DNA of 64,000 bases from Pseudogracilibacillus sp. (GCA_035301445.1 DATGUH010000153.1:8196-72195), one strand, 5' to 3'. Shown: positions 9,773 to 19,793, numbered from the stretch's first letter. The notes: generated from the letters alone by a model not told the origin. Numbers and translations are program-made.

Positions 9773-10740
9773 TTGACTGATGCACCTCCTTTAATCGACA
9801 TGAGCGCATCCAATAACATCGCATAATTTACATAGCCAAGGATTTCGCCGTCGCTTACAACCGCTAGTTGTTCATGCGGACCCGTTTTTAGTTTTTCAAT
9901 AGCGTCAGCAATCGTCTCATCAACCCTTACTTCCTCAACATCTCCAACGATTGTCTGCAGAAAATAATGTGACACATAAGAAAGTGGCATCTGGTCAAAT
10001 TCCAATTGACGCATCATGCGCTCTTCTCCAATAAAGGTTTTGACAAATTCATTTTTTGGCTCTCTAACAAGTGATTGTGGTGACCCCATTTGCTCAATTT
10101 GCCCATCACGCATAATGATGATATAATCAGCGATTTCAAGGGCTTCATCCATATCATGCGTAACGAAGACAATGGTTTTCTGGATTTCTTTTTGTAACGC
10201 TTTTAATCGATCTTGTAACTGCTCCCTACTAATTGGGTCTAATGCGGAGAACGGTTCATCCATTAAAATGATATTCGGATTACTTGCTAAAGCCCGACTC
10301 ACTCCTATACGCTGTTGCTGTCCCCCCGATAATGCTTTTGGATAACGTTCTCTAAATACCGCAGGGTCCAATTCGACCATACGCAATAATTCATCAACTC
10401 GTTCTTGAATTTGTTGTGGATCCCAGTTTAACAATTCCGGAACAAGCGCAATATTTTGCGCAATCGTCATATGTGGAATGAGTCCGATTCTTTGGATCAC
10501 ATATCCTATCGAGCGTCGCAACTCGATTTCATCACGTTCAGCAATCGGCTCCCCGTCAATGAATATCTCCCCTGTTGTCGGTTTTTCAAGACGGTTAATC
10601 ATGCGCATAAATGTCGTTTTCCCACAACCACTCGGTCCGATAATCGCCGTTAATTGGTTTGTTGGAATCGTAACAGATACCCCTCTTAATGCTTCCGTTC
10701 CATCCGGAAACTTCTTTGTAACATTTTCAAAAGTAATCAT
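9769..10740 (-). CDS. Osmoprotectant ABC transporter ATP-binding subunit (OpuCA-like)
   Basis: [30 protein letters not shown]-terminal CBS-like region. Confidence 0.9.
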   Translation of the reverse strand: MITFENVTKKFPDGTEALRGVSVTIPTNQLTAIIGPSGCGKTTFMRMINRLEKPTTGEIFIDGEPIAERDEIELRRSIGYVIQRIGLIPHMTIAQNIALVPELLNWDPQQIQERVDELLRMVELDPAVFRERYPKALSGGQQQRIGVSRALASNPNIILMDEPFSALDPISREQLQDRLKALQKEIQKTIVFVTHDMDEALEIADYIIIMRDGQIEQMGSPQSLVREPKNEFVKTFIGEERMMRQLEFDQMPLSYVSHYFLQTIVGDVEEVRVDETIADAIEKLKTGPHEQLAVVSDGEILGYVNYAMLLDALMSIKGGASVK

Positions 10741-10746
10741 ACATTG

Positions 10747-10786
10747 AACCATTCCTTTTTCACTAAAACCATTCCTTTTTCACTAA
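10747..10786. repeat. Perfect 20-bp tandem duplication spanning the RBS of the opu operon
   Basis: AACCATTCCTTTTTCACTAA twice (10747-10766, 10767-10786). Confidence 0.95.
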
Positions 10787-10883
10787 GTAGTCAATATTCT
10801 TACAAATTGTTATATGTATACCCTATGGTTTTATTCTCAATCATTGCACATGAAAAAATGACACCAAATCATTGATGTCATTT

Positions 10884-11528
10884 TTATAAATAATCCAAAT
10901 AACGTCCAATCGCTTGCCAATCCGCTTCAATGGATGGACGATGTGACGGTCGATAGAAAACAGATGCCGGGTGAAAGGTCGGAATAATCGTGAATGGTTG
11001 ATCCGTTAAATGATAATGCTCGTCTTCCAAATCTCTTAAGTATTGAATCGGTTTTTGTAATCGTTGCCCGTGCAATTTTGTCACTTTTGCATCAGATCCA
11101 ATAAGCCTTTGCAATCCTACATTACCGAGCGTCACAATGAGTTTCGGCTGTAAAATATCGATTTCATAATCTAAAATCGGCGCATGTGCTAAAATCTCCG
11201 TTTTCGTAGGCGGACGATTATATTTACGCTCTGTATACGTCCCGTCTCGCGCTCTTTTCTGTCCCCAACGATACGGACGACTGCGTACTGCACTTGTAAT
11301 GTACACATCTTCGCGCGTTAAGCCAATGGAATCGAGGGATTGCATCAATTCTTTCCCTGCTCGTCCGATAAACGGAATCCCGTCGACTAATTCAAACTCA
11401 CCAGGTGCTTCCCCAACCAACATGATCTTCGGATTTTTCGGACCTTCTCCATACACAAACCCTTCCACAGGCCGATCCCCCATCCGCTCAATCCCTAATT
11501 GCGCTAATGACTCCGGTATTCTAAACAT
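10884..11528 (-). CDS. Uracil-DNA glycosylase family 4-like protein
   Basis: MLVGEAPG...GIPFIGRAG, NRPP, IVTLGN, PTFHPA. Confidence 0.85.
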   Translation of the reverse strand: MFRIPESLAQLGIERMGDRPVEGFVYGEGPKNPKIMLVGEAPGEFELVDGIPFIGRAGKELMQSLDSIGLTREDVYITSAVRSRPYRWGQKRARDGTYTERKYNRPPTKTEILAHAPILDYEIDILQPKLIVTLGNVGLQRLIGSDAKVTKLHGQRLQKPIQYLRDLEDEHYHLTDQPFTIIPTFHPASVFYRPSHRPSIEADWQAIGRYLDYL

Positions 11529-11889
11529 CACCAAAACCCTTTCTTTCTTCAATTATGTATATCATCCCACATTTTTATGTTACTGAAACGTTTTTTAATC
11601 CGTATATAGAAAAGAAGCTACAATCACGTTGACTGTAGCAACTCTTTATCATACTTTGATTGCTGTAAAGTGCAGTAAAACTCATAATTGTTACTATTAG
11701 TAACATCATGTACATGACGAGTTGAGTAAACCTATCCATCTTGCATATTAGAAGTGAATCCTCTATCAAACAAGTTGAAATAATGTTTATTCAATCTATA
11801 ATATTCGTTTATTGTGAAACCAGTCATTCGTTCACCAATCATATAAATAACTGTTCGTAAATCATTGAATACTGATGTTTTCTTGTCTA

Positions 11890-12669
11890 CTACTTTACCC
11901 CTTGCAACAGATGGTTAATAAGCCATAGTGCACTTTGCTTCTTTACGAAATTTGTTGGTTCTGAATGAACGCTTGTAAATAGATCTGTAGCTTTCTTAAA
12001 AAGAACTTTAGAATGTGTAATTTGTCGGCATAATGTTGTATTCGATATATCTAACGAAATATTCTGAGAATCCGAAAGGTAAATACGCAGTTGACCATCT
12101 TTCTGGACGTTATATCCAGAAAACGCTTCTAATGAAATCCATGCATTTGAATTAACAGTAGGTGATTCCGTTGGAAAAAATACACTAATTGGAATAATCT
12201 CTTGGATTGTTCGAACACAAATCGGTAACTTTTGTTGAATGATAAGGTTTTCTTGTGACATTTTAACAGCTTCCTCATATGATGAACCATATACTCTTAG
12301 TGAATCCTTTATCACTTCAAAAGGCGATCTTCTAATCACTTCTTCTTTTTGTTCTTCAATGACTAGTGTGTGGACACCTTTCTCTTTTTGAATTGGAAGC
12401 AAAGCCAATGTTTTTGAAGAAACAATATAAACATTCTTCTCTTCTCGTTTTGGTTCAACTGGAGTTGTTTCGTCTGTTTCGTTCGCTTCATCTGTTTCAT
12501 TGACTTGGCTTATTGTATCATTTGTTTCATTTGCATAATTTGTCGTTTCTTTCATCTCATTCTTTGTGACACTTGTCTCATTTTCATGATTTGTTGTTTC
12601 TTGCATCTCATTCTTTGTCTCATTTGTTTTGTCTTCATTATTTGTATTGTTATTACAATCTAATATCAT
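11890..12669 (-). CDS. comK: ComK family competence transcription factor with N-terminal Asn/Glu/Thr repeat extension
   Basis: YIVSSKTLALLP, SPFEVIKDSLRVYGSSY, KLPI, FFPTESPT..NAWIS resemble recalled B. subtilis ComK motifs (FGSSY, KPPI, LFPT.SS...WIS); RBS GAGGGGG before ATG 12669. Confidence 0.75.
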   Translation of the reverse strand: MILDCNNNTNNEDKTNETKNEMQETTNHENETSVTKNEMKETTNYANETNDTISQVNETDEANETDETTPVEPKREEKNVYIVSSKTLALLPIQKEKGVHTLVIEEQKEEVIRRSPFEVIKDSLRVYGSSYEEAVKMSQENLIIQQKLPICVRTIQEIIPISVFFPTESPTVNSNAWISLEAFSGYNVQKDGQLRIYLSDSQNISLDISNTTLCRQITHSKVLFKKATDLFTSVHSEPTNFVKKQSALWLINHLLQGVK

Positions 12670-13152
12670 CAAATTTCCCCCTCTAAAATATAAAATGGAT
12701 AAACTGACTGACATTGATGAAAAATAACATAATATATTTTTGCTCAATCCCCCCACATCAGCATCAATATAGTAAAATACAAATTGAAACGAATATTTTT
12801 ATCATGTACAAATATAATATACCAAGTATTCTGAAAAAATCAATAGTTTAAATAGTGAAAAAGTAATATTTCAAACAAAATAATAGTCCTAAACATTCAT
12901 TACTTAATAACCTACTTAAGTTACACGTTTTACCTTGTTACTAAAATATCGACAATATAACATACATAAAAATCATATATACAGTAAATAAAGACACCAA
13001 TTTTCAAAATTCATTTAATAAACGTTAAAATCAATTCGTCACTAACATGCTTTTAGCCTTCGATATGTACATTTTATGTTCAATCAAATTTCTAGAAAAA
13101 TTGATAATCACCCCACCTACAAACACCCCTAAAACACTTTACATCAAACAGC

Positions 13153-13191
13153 AAAAAAGCCGAAATTGAATAAGCTTCATTTCGACTTTTT
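13153..13191 (-). terminator. Intrinsic terminator of niaP
   Basis: AAAAAAGCCGAAAT...ATTTCGACTTTTT hairpin. Confidence 0.65.
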
Positions 13192-13219
13192 CGCTAGTAG
13201 ATTCTTAATATATATTTTC

Positions 13220-14416
13220 CTACGTCAACTCCACCTGTTTCGTCTCCGTCCCTAAGATAATAACGGCGAGAATACCGATCAATATAGCACCGCAAAATAG
13301 GCCAAAGATGGTGCCGAAACCGTAGCCAGCATTTAGTAAAAACCCTACGAGTAATGGGCCGAAAATGCCACCGACACGTCCTACGGCAGCTGCTGCACCT
13401 GATCCCGTTGCGCGAATGGCTGTTGGGTATTGTTCTGGTGAGTATGCGTATAATGCACCCCATGCCCCTAAGTTAAAGAATGATAGAAGTGCACCGAATG
13501 TTAATAGTGTCGCAAGTGTTTCTGCATGTCCAAATGCCACTGCACTTAATGCGGTACCGAGTAAATAGGTTGAGAGCACAAATTTGCGGCCTACACGTTC
13601 AATAAGCCAAGCTGCTGTAAAATAGCCTGGTAATTGGGCAATCGTCATAAGTAACACGTAGCCGAAGCTTTCAATCATATTAAAGCCTTTCATCACCATA
13701 ACGCTTGGTAACCATAAAAACATGCCGTAATAGGAAAATACAACCGTAAACCAAACAATCCATAACATCGTTGTCCGTTTCGCATATGCTGGCGACCAAA
13801 TCGTTTTCAACTTGGCGAAGCCCGACTCTTTTTTCCTACCCGCTTCTTCAAATTTTGGCGAGTCAGGTAATTTTCTGCGTAAATAAATCGCATAAAATGC
13901 CGGTAATGCGGTAATGATTAATGCAATTCTCCAACCGTAATCAGGAATGATGAAATAAGCGATAAGGGCTGCTAAAATCCAACCGACTGCCCAGAAACTT
14001 TCAAGTAATACAACGACGCGTCCTCGTTCATGTGCTGCGACGCTTTCTGATACAAGCGTGGAGGCAACTGGTAGTTCCCCACCTAATCCTGCGCCAACGA
14101 AAAAGCGTAACAGTAAAAAAGCACCTAATGTCGTCGTTAAAGCAGACAAGCCACTGGCTACTGAGAACATGACAAGCGTCATCATAAACACTTGCTTACG
14201 TCCAATTTTATCCGCTAACATCCCGAATAGAAAAGCGCCTACTGCCATTCCAATCGAGTTCACACTGCCAATCCATCCCATTTGTTCTGGTGTTAAGTTC
14301 CAGTCTATCGCAACTGCCGCGATCACAAATGATAATATGCCTACATCCATCGCATCGAACATCCAACCTGTTCCTGCGAGACCTAATAATTTATTCCGTG
14401 AGATTTGTTGTTTCAT
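13220..14416 (-). CDS. niaP: MFS transporter, NiaP/YceI niacin permease
   Basis: GWMFDAMDVGILSF, LADKIGRK, GLGGELPVAST, LLESFWAVGW, QLPGY; NiaR-like site upstream. Confidence 0.82.
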   Translation of the reverse strand: MKQQISRNKLLGLAGTGWMFDAMDVGILSFVIAAVAIDWNLTPEQMGWIGSVNSIGMAVGAFLFGMLADKIGRKQVFMMTLVMFSVASGLSALTTTLGAFLLLRFFVGAGLGGELPVASTLVSESVAAHERGRVVVLLESFWAVGWILAALIAYFIIPDYGWRIALIITALPAFYAIYLRRKLPDSPKFEEAGRKKESGFAKLKTIWSPAYAKRTTMLWIVWFTVVFSYYGMFLWLPSVMVMKGFNMIESFGYVLLMTIAQLPGYFTAAWLIERVGRKFVLSTYLLGTALSAVAFGHAETLATLLTFGALLSFFNLGAWGALYAYSPEQYPTAIRATGSGAAAAVGRVGGIFGPLLVGFLLNAGYGFGTIFGLFCGAILIGILAVIILGTETKQVELT

Positions 14417-14435
14417 ATGCAACTTCCCCTGTCTC

Positions 14436-14466
14436 GTTATTGTCTTGACAGTTGTCATTATACCAC
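14436..14466 (-). promoter_or_regulatory. NiaR (YrxA)-like operator next to an extended -10
   Basis: TGTCTTGACAGTTGTC (14441-14456) resembles the NiaR motif; TGGTATAAT lies immediately upstream on the minus strand. Confidence 0.6.
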
Positions 14467-14565
14467 TGGGAGCGTTTATTACAATAACTTGGTAAAATAA
14501 TGAATTTTTCCAAATACTTTGTTATCTTTAATGTAGGGAAGGTTTTATCAATAGGGGGTTTTTGA

Positions 14566-15783
14566 ATGAATGAATCAAATCAACAAAATAGCGCGTTAAA
14601 AATCCAGAAAATTAGCTTTTGGGACGCTGTCAGTATTCTTGTCGGAACAGGAATCGGGGCTGGCATTATGAGCCTTGCCTACGGGGCGAAAGATGCTGGC
14701 TTTCCAGTACTAGTCTTTTGGATTGTTGTCGCTGGTTTATTTACAACCATTTCGATGTTATATATTGCGGAAGTTACATTGCGAACGAAGACACCTCATC
14801 AACTGAGTGGACTAGCTTATAAGTATGTTGGGCCGATTGGGTCTTGGATTATGTTCGCAGCGGTTTTTGTTAACTCTTTAGGTGCACTCACCGCCTATAC
14901 GACAGGTAGTGGCGATGTGTTAGCGAGTTTATTTGGTATTCCTAAAATTATAGGGAGTTTGCTCTTTTTCATTCCTGCGATTTTAGTCATTTGGTTTGGA
15001 TTGAAAATTTTGGGTGCTGCCGAAAAAATCATTACAATCGCTATGTTATTCATGGTTCTTCTACTTATATTAGCAACTTTTTTCGGGCCAAAAATTCAAA
15101 TGGCTTATTTAAGTTTCTTTAATATTAGTCACGCAATTCCTGTATTTAGTCTTGTGATTTTTACATTTATTGCACAATACACAGTACCTGAACTCGCGCG
15201 TGGACTCCATCATGATGCGAAAAAACTTCCACTTGCCATCATTGTTGGAATGGGGCTCACTGCTTTACTCATTATTTTAGTCCCTATGGCAGCGTTGGGA
15301 TTAACGGGCCCAGAACATGTAACGGAAGTCGTTACCATCGCTTGGGCGGATGCACTTGGACAATGGGCATTTTTCATCGCTAACATCTTCACACTTTGCG
15401 CTTTCATGACTTCTTTTTGGGCGATTGGTGGAACATTGCTTACAAATATTATTGATAAATTTAAATTTCCATCAGAGTGGGATCTTAAATACCGGTTAAT
15501 CAGTCTCTCAATCGTCGCAATCCCTCCTTTTATCGTTGCGTATACAGACGTCATTGGGTTTGTTGAAGTCCTATCAATTACGGGCTCATTTGCAGGTGCA
15601 GTCATGGGGATTTTACCTATCATGATGTTAAGAAAAGCGCGTAAAAATAGCGAGCGAGAACCTGAATGGAGCTGTGGTTGGATTGCACACCCACTGATTC
15701 AATATACAATAATCGTGTTATTTGTAGGAGCTGCCACGTACACGATGCTCGACCTATTACATATCTTACCAAGTCACTGGTAA
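14566..15783 (+). CDS. Aromatic amino acid permease family (TyrP/Mtr-like)
   Basis: ILVGTGIGAGIMSL, about 11 TM segments, AFMTSF. Confidence 0.8.
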   Translation: MNESNQQNSALKIQKISFWDAVSILVGTGIGAGIMSLAYGAKDAGFPVLVFWIVVAGLFTTISMLYIAEVTLRTKTPHQLSGLAYKYVGPIGSWIMFAAVFVNSLGALTAYTTGSGDVLASLFGIPKIIGSLLFFIPAILVIWFGLKILGAAEKIITIAMLFMVLLLILATFFGPKIQMAYLSFFNISHAIPVFSLVIFTFIAQYTVPELARGLHHDAKKLPLAIIVGMGLTALLIILVPMAALGLTGPEHVTEVVTIAWADALGQWAFFIANIFTLCAFMTSFWAIGGTLLTNIIDKFKFPSEWDLKYRLISLSIVAIPPFIVAYTDVIGFVEVLSITGSFAGAVMGILPIMMLRKARKNSEREPEWSCGWIAHPLIQYTIIVLFVGAATYTMLDLLHILPSHW

Positions 15784-16066
15784 TTGGATATCTGTCAAAA
15801 TCACATTCGCTATTGGGATGGCTACATTTTATTTTTCACGATAACACTTTATTGATCATAAGCGTAGGTAGAATGGTATAAGATATTGGACATCGTATGT
15901 ACATAGCACAAAGAAGATTCGTCATAGGGATGACATGATTCACATATGCAGTCATCCATGATCAGATGGACACGAGACGATACATCAAATCCGTTTGCCG
16001 AATGCTTGAGAAATCACACGCTATCAAACTGACATGTCCAATGAGGATGTACGATTTTTCGCACGA

Positions 16067-16113
16067 AAAAACTGTCCAGAGCTTCAGTTTTCACTGAAAT
16101 GCTGGACAGTTTT
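16067..16113. terminator. Bidirectional terminator
   Basis: AAAAACTGTCCAG...CTGGACAGTTTT. Confidence 0.7.
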
Positions 16114-16118
16114 ATGTT

Positions 16119-17072
16119 TTATAATGCTTCTTCTACTTCAGTAATCATTTCTTTAATTGATAATAATCCGCCGCCTGATAGGTACCAGTAGTTTGGATCT
16201 AAGTAGTAAATCGCATCGTTTTTATACGCATTTGTTTTTTCAACTAAGCTGTTTTCGATTGAATCTTTTGCACTTGCATCGCCGCCAACTGCTGCGTCAC
16301 GGTCGATGACAAATAATACATCTGGGTTTGTTTCTAAAATGTATTCGAATGTAATGTTTTGACCATGTGTTGAAGCTTCAATTTTCTCATCTGCTGCTTT
16401 GAAGTTAAATACGTCATGAATAAGCCCGAAACGTGAGCTCTTACCATATGCACTTACTTTTCCTTCGTTCCCTAAAACGATTAATGCTTTATCGTCAGAT
16501 GCATCTGCTTTCGCTTGGATGTCTTCAATACGCTTATCGATATCTGCTAATTCTTTCTCCATCTCATCTTCTTTTCCGAACATTTCAGCTACTAAATCCA
16601 TGTTCGACTTGAATGACTCCATGTAGTTTGATGTGTCTAAACCAACGAAAATTGTCGGTGCAATATCACTTAACTCATCATACATATCTGATTGACGACC
16701 AGAGATGAAAATCACGTCTGGATCCATCGCATGAATTGCTTCTAAATCTGGCTCTTTTAAACCACCAATATTTGTGTACTCATCACTTTCATATTTGCTT
16801 AAATATGAAGGAATGTTTTTCTGTGGAACACCTGCAACTTTAACATCTAATTGATCTAATGTATCTAAAATCCCAAAGTCAAATACAACAACTTTTTCTG
16901 GATTTTTTTCCACTTTTACTGGTTTATCATCTAATTCATGTTTTACTTCCATATATTCTGCATCAGACCCTTTATCGCCTTCTGACTTTTTATCATCTGA
17001 TCCACCACATGCTGCTAGTACAAGCATAACCGCAAACATCATCATTGCGATTGAAAATTTCTTCATATTCAT
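16119..17072 (-). CDS. yclQ: Siderophore (petrobactin-type) ABC transporter substrate-binding lipoprotein
   Basis: LAACG lipobox, KVVVFDFGILDTLD, GGLKEPDLE, STHGQ, WYLSGGGL. Confidence 0.85.
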   Translation of the reverse strand: MNMKKFSIAMMMFAVMLVLAACGGSDDKKSEGDKGSDAEYMEVKHELDDKPVKVEKNPEKVVVFDFGILDTLDQLDVKVAGVPQKNIPSYLSKYESDEYTNIGGLKEPDLEAIHAMDPDVIFISGRQSDMYDELSDIAPTIFVGLDTSNYMESFKSNMDLVAEMFGKEDEMEKELADIDKRIEDIQAKADASDDKALIVLGNEGKVSAYGKSSRFGLIHDVFNFKAADEKIEASTHGQNITFEYILETNPDVLFVIDRDAAVGGDASAKDSIENSLVEKTNAYKNDAIYYLDPNYWYLSGGGLLSIKEMITEVEEAL

Positions 17073-17094
17073 GATTTAAATACCTTCCTTTTTG

Positions 17095-17856
17095 TTATGA
17101 ATTAAAATATACACAAATTCTACAATTACTTAATTGCTTAATTGGGATGTCCATATCGTAAATTTCTCTTAATGATTCCGAGTTAATAATTTCATCCGTC
17201 GGACCATCTTTGACAATTTTACCTTCTTTTAACGCAACAATTCGATCTGAATAAACAGACGCGAAGTTAATATCATGTAAAACAATGACAACTGTTTTCC
17301 CTAAATCATTCACAAGCTGTCTTAAAATCTTCATAATTTGTACTGAATGCTTCATATCTAAGTTATTTAATGGTTCATCTAATAAAATATACTCTGTATC
17401 TTGCGCAATCGTCATCGCAATAAACGCACGCTGACGTTGACCACCAGATAGTTCCTCTAAATAACTATGTTGAATATCGATTAACCCCATATACTCTAGA
17501 GCTTGATCGATAAACTGAATGTCAACCTCATTGAGACGTCCTCTGGAATGCGGATAACGTCCAAATGACACTAACTCACGAATCGTTAACCGTGCATTCA
17601 TAAAGTTCGACTGTTTTAAAATCGATACGCGCTTTGAGAATTCATTCGATTTCATTTTCTTTGTATTTTGCTGATCAAGTAATACTTCACCAGTATCAGC
17701 ATCAAGCAAACGACTTACCATGGATAATAACGTCGATTTTCCAGCACCATTTGGTCCGATGAAAGACGTAATCTTTCCTCTATGAATATTCACACTGACA
17801 TTTTCAACAACGGCCCTTGAACCGAAAAACTTTGTAAGCTCACGAACTTGAATCAT
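17095..17856 (-). CDS. yclP: Siderophore ABC transporter ATP-binding protein
   Basis: GPNGAGKST, LSGGQRQRAFIAM, DEPLNNLDMKHSV. Confidence 0.88.
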   Translation of the reverse strand: MIQVRELTKFFGSRAVVENVSVNIHRGKITSFIGPNGAGKSTLLSMVSRLLDADTGEVLLDQQNTKKMKSNEFSKRVSILKQSNFMNARLTIRELVSFGRYPHSRGRLNEVDIQFIDQALEYMGLIDIQHSYLEELSGGQRQRAFIAMTIAQDTEYILLDEPLNNLDMKHSVQIMKILRQLVNDLGKTVVIVLHDINFASVYSDRIVALKEGKIVKDGPTDEIINSESLREIYDMDIPIKQLSNCRICVYFNS

Positions 17857-18803
17857 GTAGCCCGACTCTCCTTTAATAGTAAGTATATAAAGTAAATTCC
17901 ACCGACGAAGTTAATAATGACACTTAATGTTGTAGAGAATGTAAACACACGTTCAACGACCCATTGCCCACCTACGAGGGCTAAAATACTCATTGCCCCA
18001 GCGCCAATGATGAGTATGGAGTGTTTGTATGTTTTGAAAAATTGATACGATAAATTCGCAACGATTAAACCGAAAAATGTAATCGGTCCGACAAGTGCTG
18101 TCGACACAGCGATTAATACCGCTGATAAGATCAACATTTTACGGACGACTTGATCATAGTTGACCCCTAAGTTAATCGCCGTATCGCGGCCGAGTGATAA
18201 TACATCCAATTCATGAATGCTTCTCCAACCGATCATAATTGCAATGACGATAATAGCTAGCGCCCACCAAACAAGTTCGCTACTAATATTGTTAAAACTT
18301 GCAAACATTTTATCTTGAACATTTAGAAACTCATTCGGATCGATTAACACTTGTAAAAAGGTTGAAATACTTCCGAAAAATGTTCCGACAATAATCCCGA
18401 CTAATAATAAGAAATAAATCGGTCTTTTTCCTGATTTAAATAAAAACTGATATAGCAACAATGCGAATAAAATCATCGCACTTACGGATAAAATAAAATT
18501 CAATTGTTTATTCACAATCACTAAATGACTCGATCCAAGTGTGAAAATCACAACGGTTTGGAGGAGTATGTAAAGTGAATCAAATCCCATAATACTTGGT
18601 GTCAAAATGCGGTTATGCGTAATCGTTTGGAAGATTACGGTTGAATATGCAATGGCAACACCTGTCATCGCCATCGCCATCACTTTAATCGCGCGTCGTG
18701 GTAATGCATAATCATAGCTTCCATTTAATCCTTGGAATAAATACAATCCACAAAACGCTAGTGATAACCCTAATAATATCAAGATTTTCGTTGAATTACG
18801 CAT
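17853..18803 (-). CDS. yclO: Siderophore ABC transporter permease
   Basis: STVIFQTITHNRILTPSIMGFD, FecCD-type permease; ATG 18803 after GGAGG. Confidence 0.87.
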   Translation of the reverse strand: MRNSTKILILLGLSLAFCGLYLFQGLNGSYDYALPRRAIKVMAMAMTGVAIAYSTVIFQTITHNRILTPSIMGFDSLYILLQTVVIFTLGSSHLVIVNKQLNFILSVSAMILFALLLYQFLFKSGKRPIYFLLLVGIIVGTFFGSISTFLQVLIDPNEFLNVQDKMFASFNNISSELVWWALAIIVIAIMIGWRSIHELDVLSLGRDTAINLGVNYDQVVRKMLILSAVLIAVSTALVGPITFFGLIVANLSYQFFKTYKHSILIIGAGAMSILALVGGQWVVERVFTFSTTLSVIINFVGGIYFIYLLLKESRAT

Positions 18804-19746
18804 ATGCCTTCCTCCTAAACAACAAATAGAGGAAAATTCCGCTACCAATAACCCCTACCATTAAACTAATAGAAATTTCATATGGGTAAATGAGAATGCG
18901 TCCTAAAATATCACAAATGAGTAGGAAAATCGCACCTAATAACGCCGTATGTGGCAACGTCTTTTTTAAATGATCTCCTTGGAAGATCGAGACAATGTTC
19001 GGAATGATTAACCCTAAGAAAGGAATCATACCGACCGTTAACACAACCGTTGTCGTAATTAACGCAACAAGAATTAATCCTAAATTGACCACTCTTCTAT
19101 AAGAGAGTCCTAAATTTTTGGAAAAATCTTCTCCCATCCCTGCAACTGTAAACTTATTTGCATATAAATAAGCTAAAATGAGCACTGGGATACTAATGTA
19201 CAGCAGCTCGAAACGTCCTTTCATAATCATTGAAAAATCGCCCTGTAGCCACGCGGACATATTTTGAATCACATCTGCACGATACGCAAAAAACGTCGTT
19301 AGCGATGATAAAATATTTCCGAACATTAAACCAACAAGCGGAATAAAGATTGCATCTTTAAACTTAATGCGGTCTAAAATTTGCATAAATAACAGCGTGC
19401 CGGCTAACGCAAATGCAAATGCAACAACCATCTTTTCAATTGTCGACGCGTTCGTAAATACGAGCATAGAGACTAAAATCCCTAATCTTGTTGCGTCTAG
19501 CGTACCAGCCGTCGTCGGCGAGACAAATTTATTGCGACTCAATTGTTGCATAATAAGTCCAGCGATACTCATTCCTGCTCCTGCAAGAATAATCGCTACA
19601 AGTCTTGGTAAGCGACTAATTAAAAAGATTTCCGTTTCTTCGGATCTAAAGTCAAATAGATCCATTGGTGTAATGCGGCTAACACCTACAAATAAAGATA
19701 GGAATGAAAAGCCGATTAATGCAATGATTAAATAACGTTTTTTCAT
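18796..19746 (-). CDS. yclN: Siderophore ABC transporter permease
   Basis: SRLPRL..GLIMQQLSRNKFVSPTTAGT. Confidence 0.88.
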   Translation of the reverse strand: MKKRYLIIALIGFSFLSLFVGVSRITPMDLFDFRSEETEIFLISRLPRLVAIILAGAGMSIAGLIMQQLSRNKFVSPTTAGTLDATRLGILVSMLVFTNASTIEKMVVAFAFALAGTLLFMQILDRIKFKDAIFIPLVGLMFGNILSSLTTFFAYRADVIQNMSAWLQGDFSMIMKGRFELLYISIPVLILAYLYANKFTVAGMGEDFSKNLGLSYRRVVNLGLILVALITTTVVLTVGMIPFLGLIIPNIVSIFQGDHLKKTLPHTALLGAIFLLICDILGRILIYPYEISISLMVGVIGSGIFLYLLFRRKAYA

Positions 19747-19793
19747 GAGCAGCCTCGTCCAAAAAAATATTTGAATCTAATTGAGAATCAATG

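Noticed and set aside
11575-11769. AgrD-like autoinducer precursor (CSFF motif)
   Set aside because: Lacks the acidic EP/QP-containing C-terminal tail, and no agrB/agrC is nearby.
12670-13150. ComK (K-box) and CodY sites upstream of comK
   Set aside because: AAAA-N5-TTTT-like and CodY-like matches exist but have several mismatches in very AT-rich DNA, so they are not significant.
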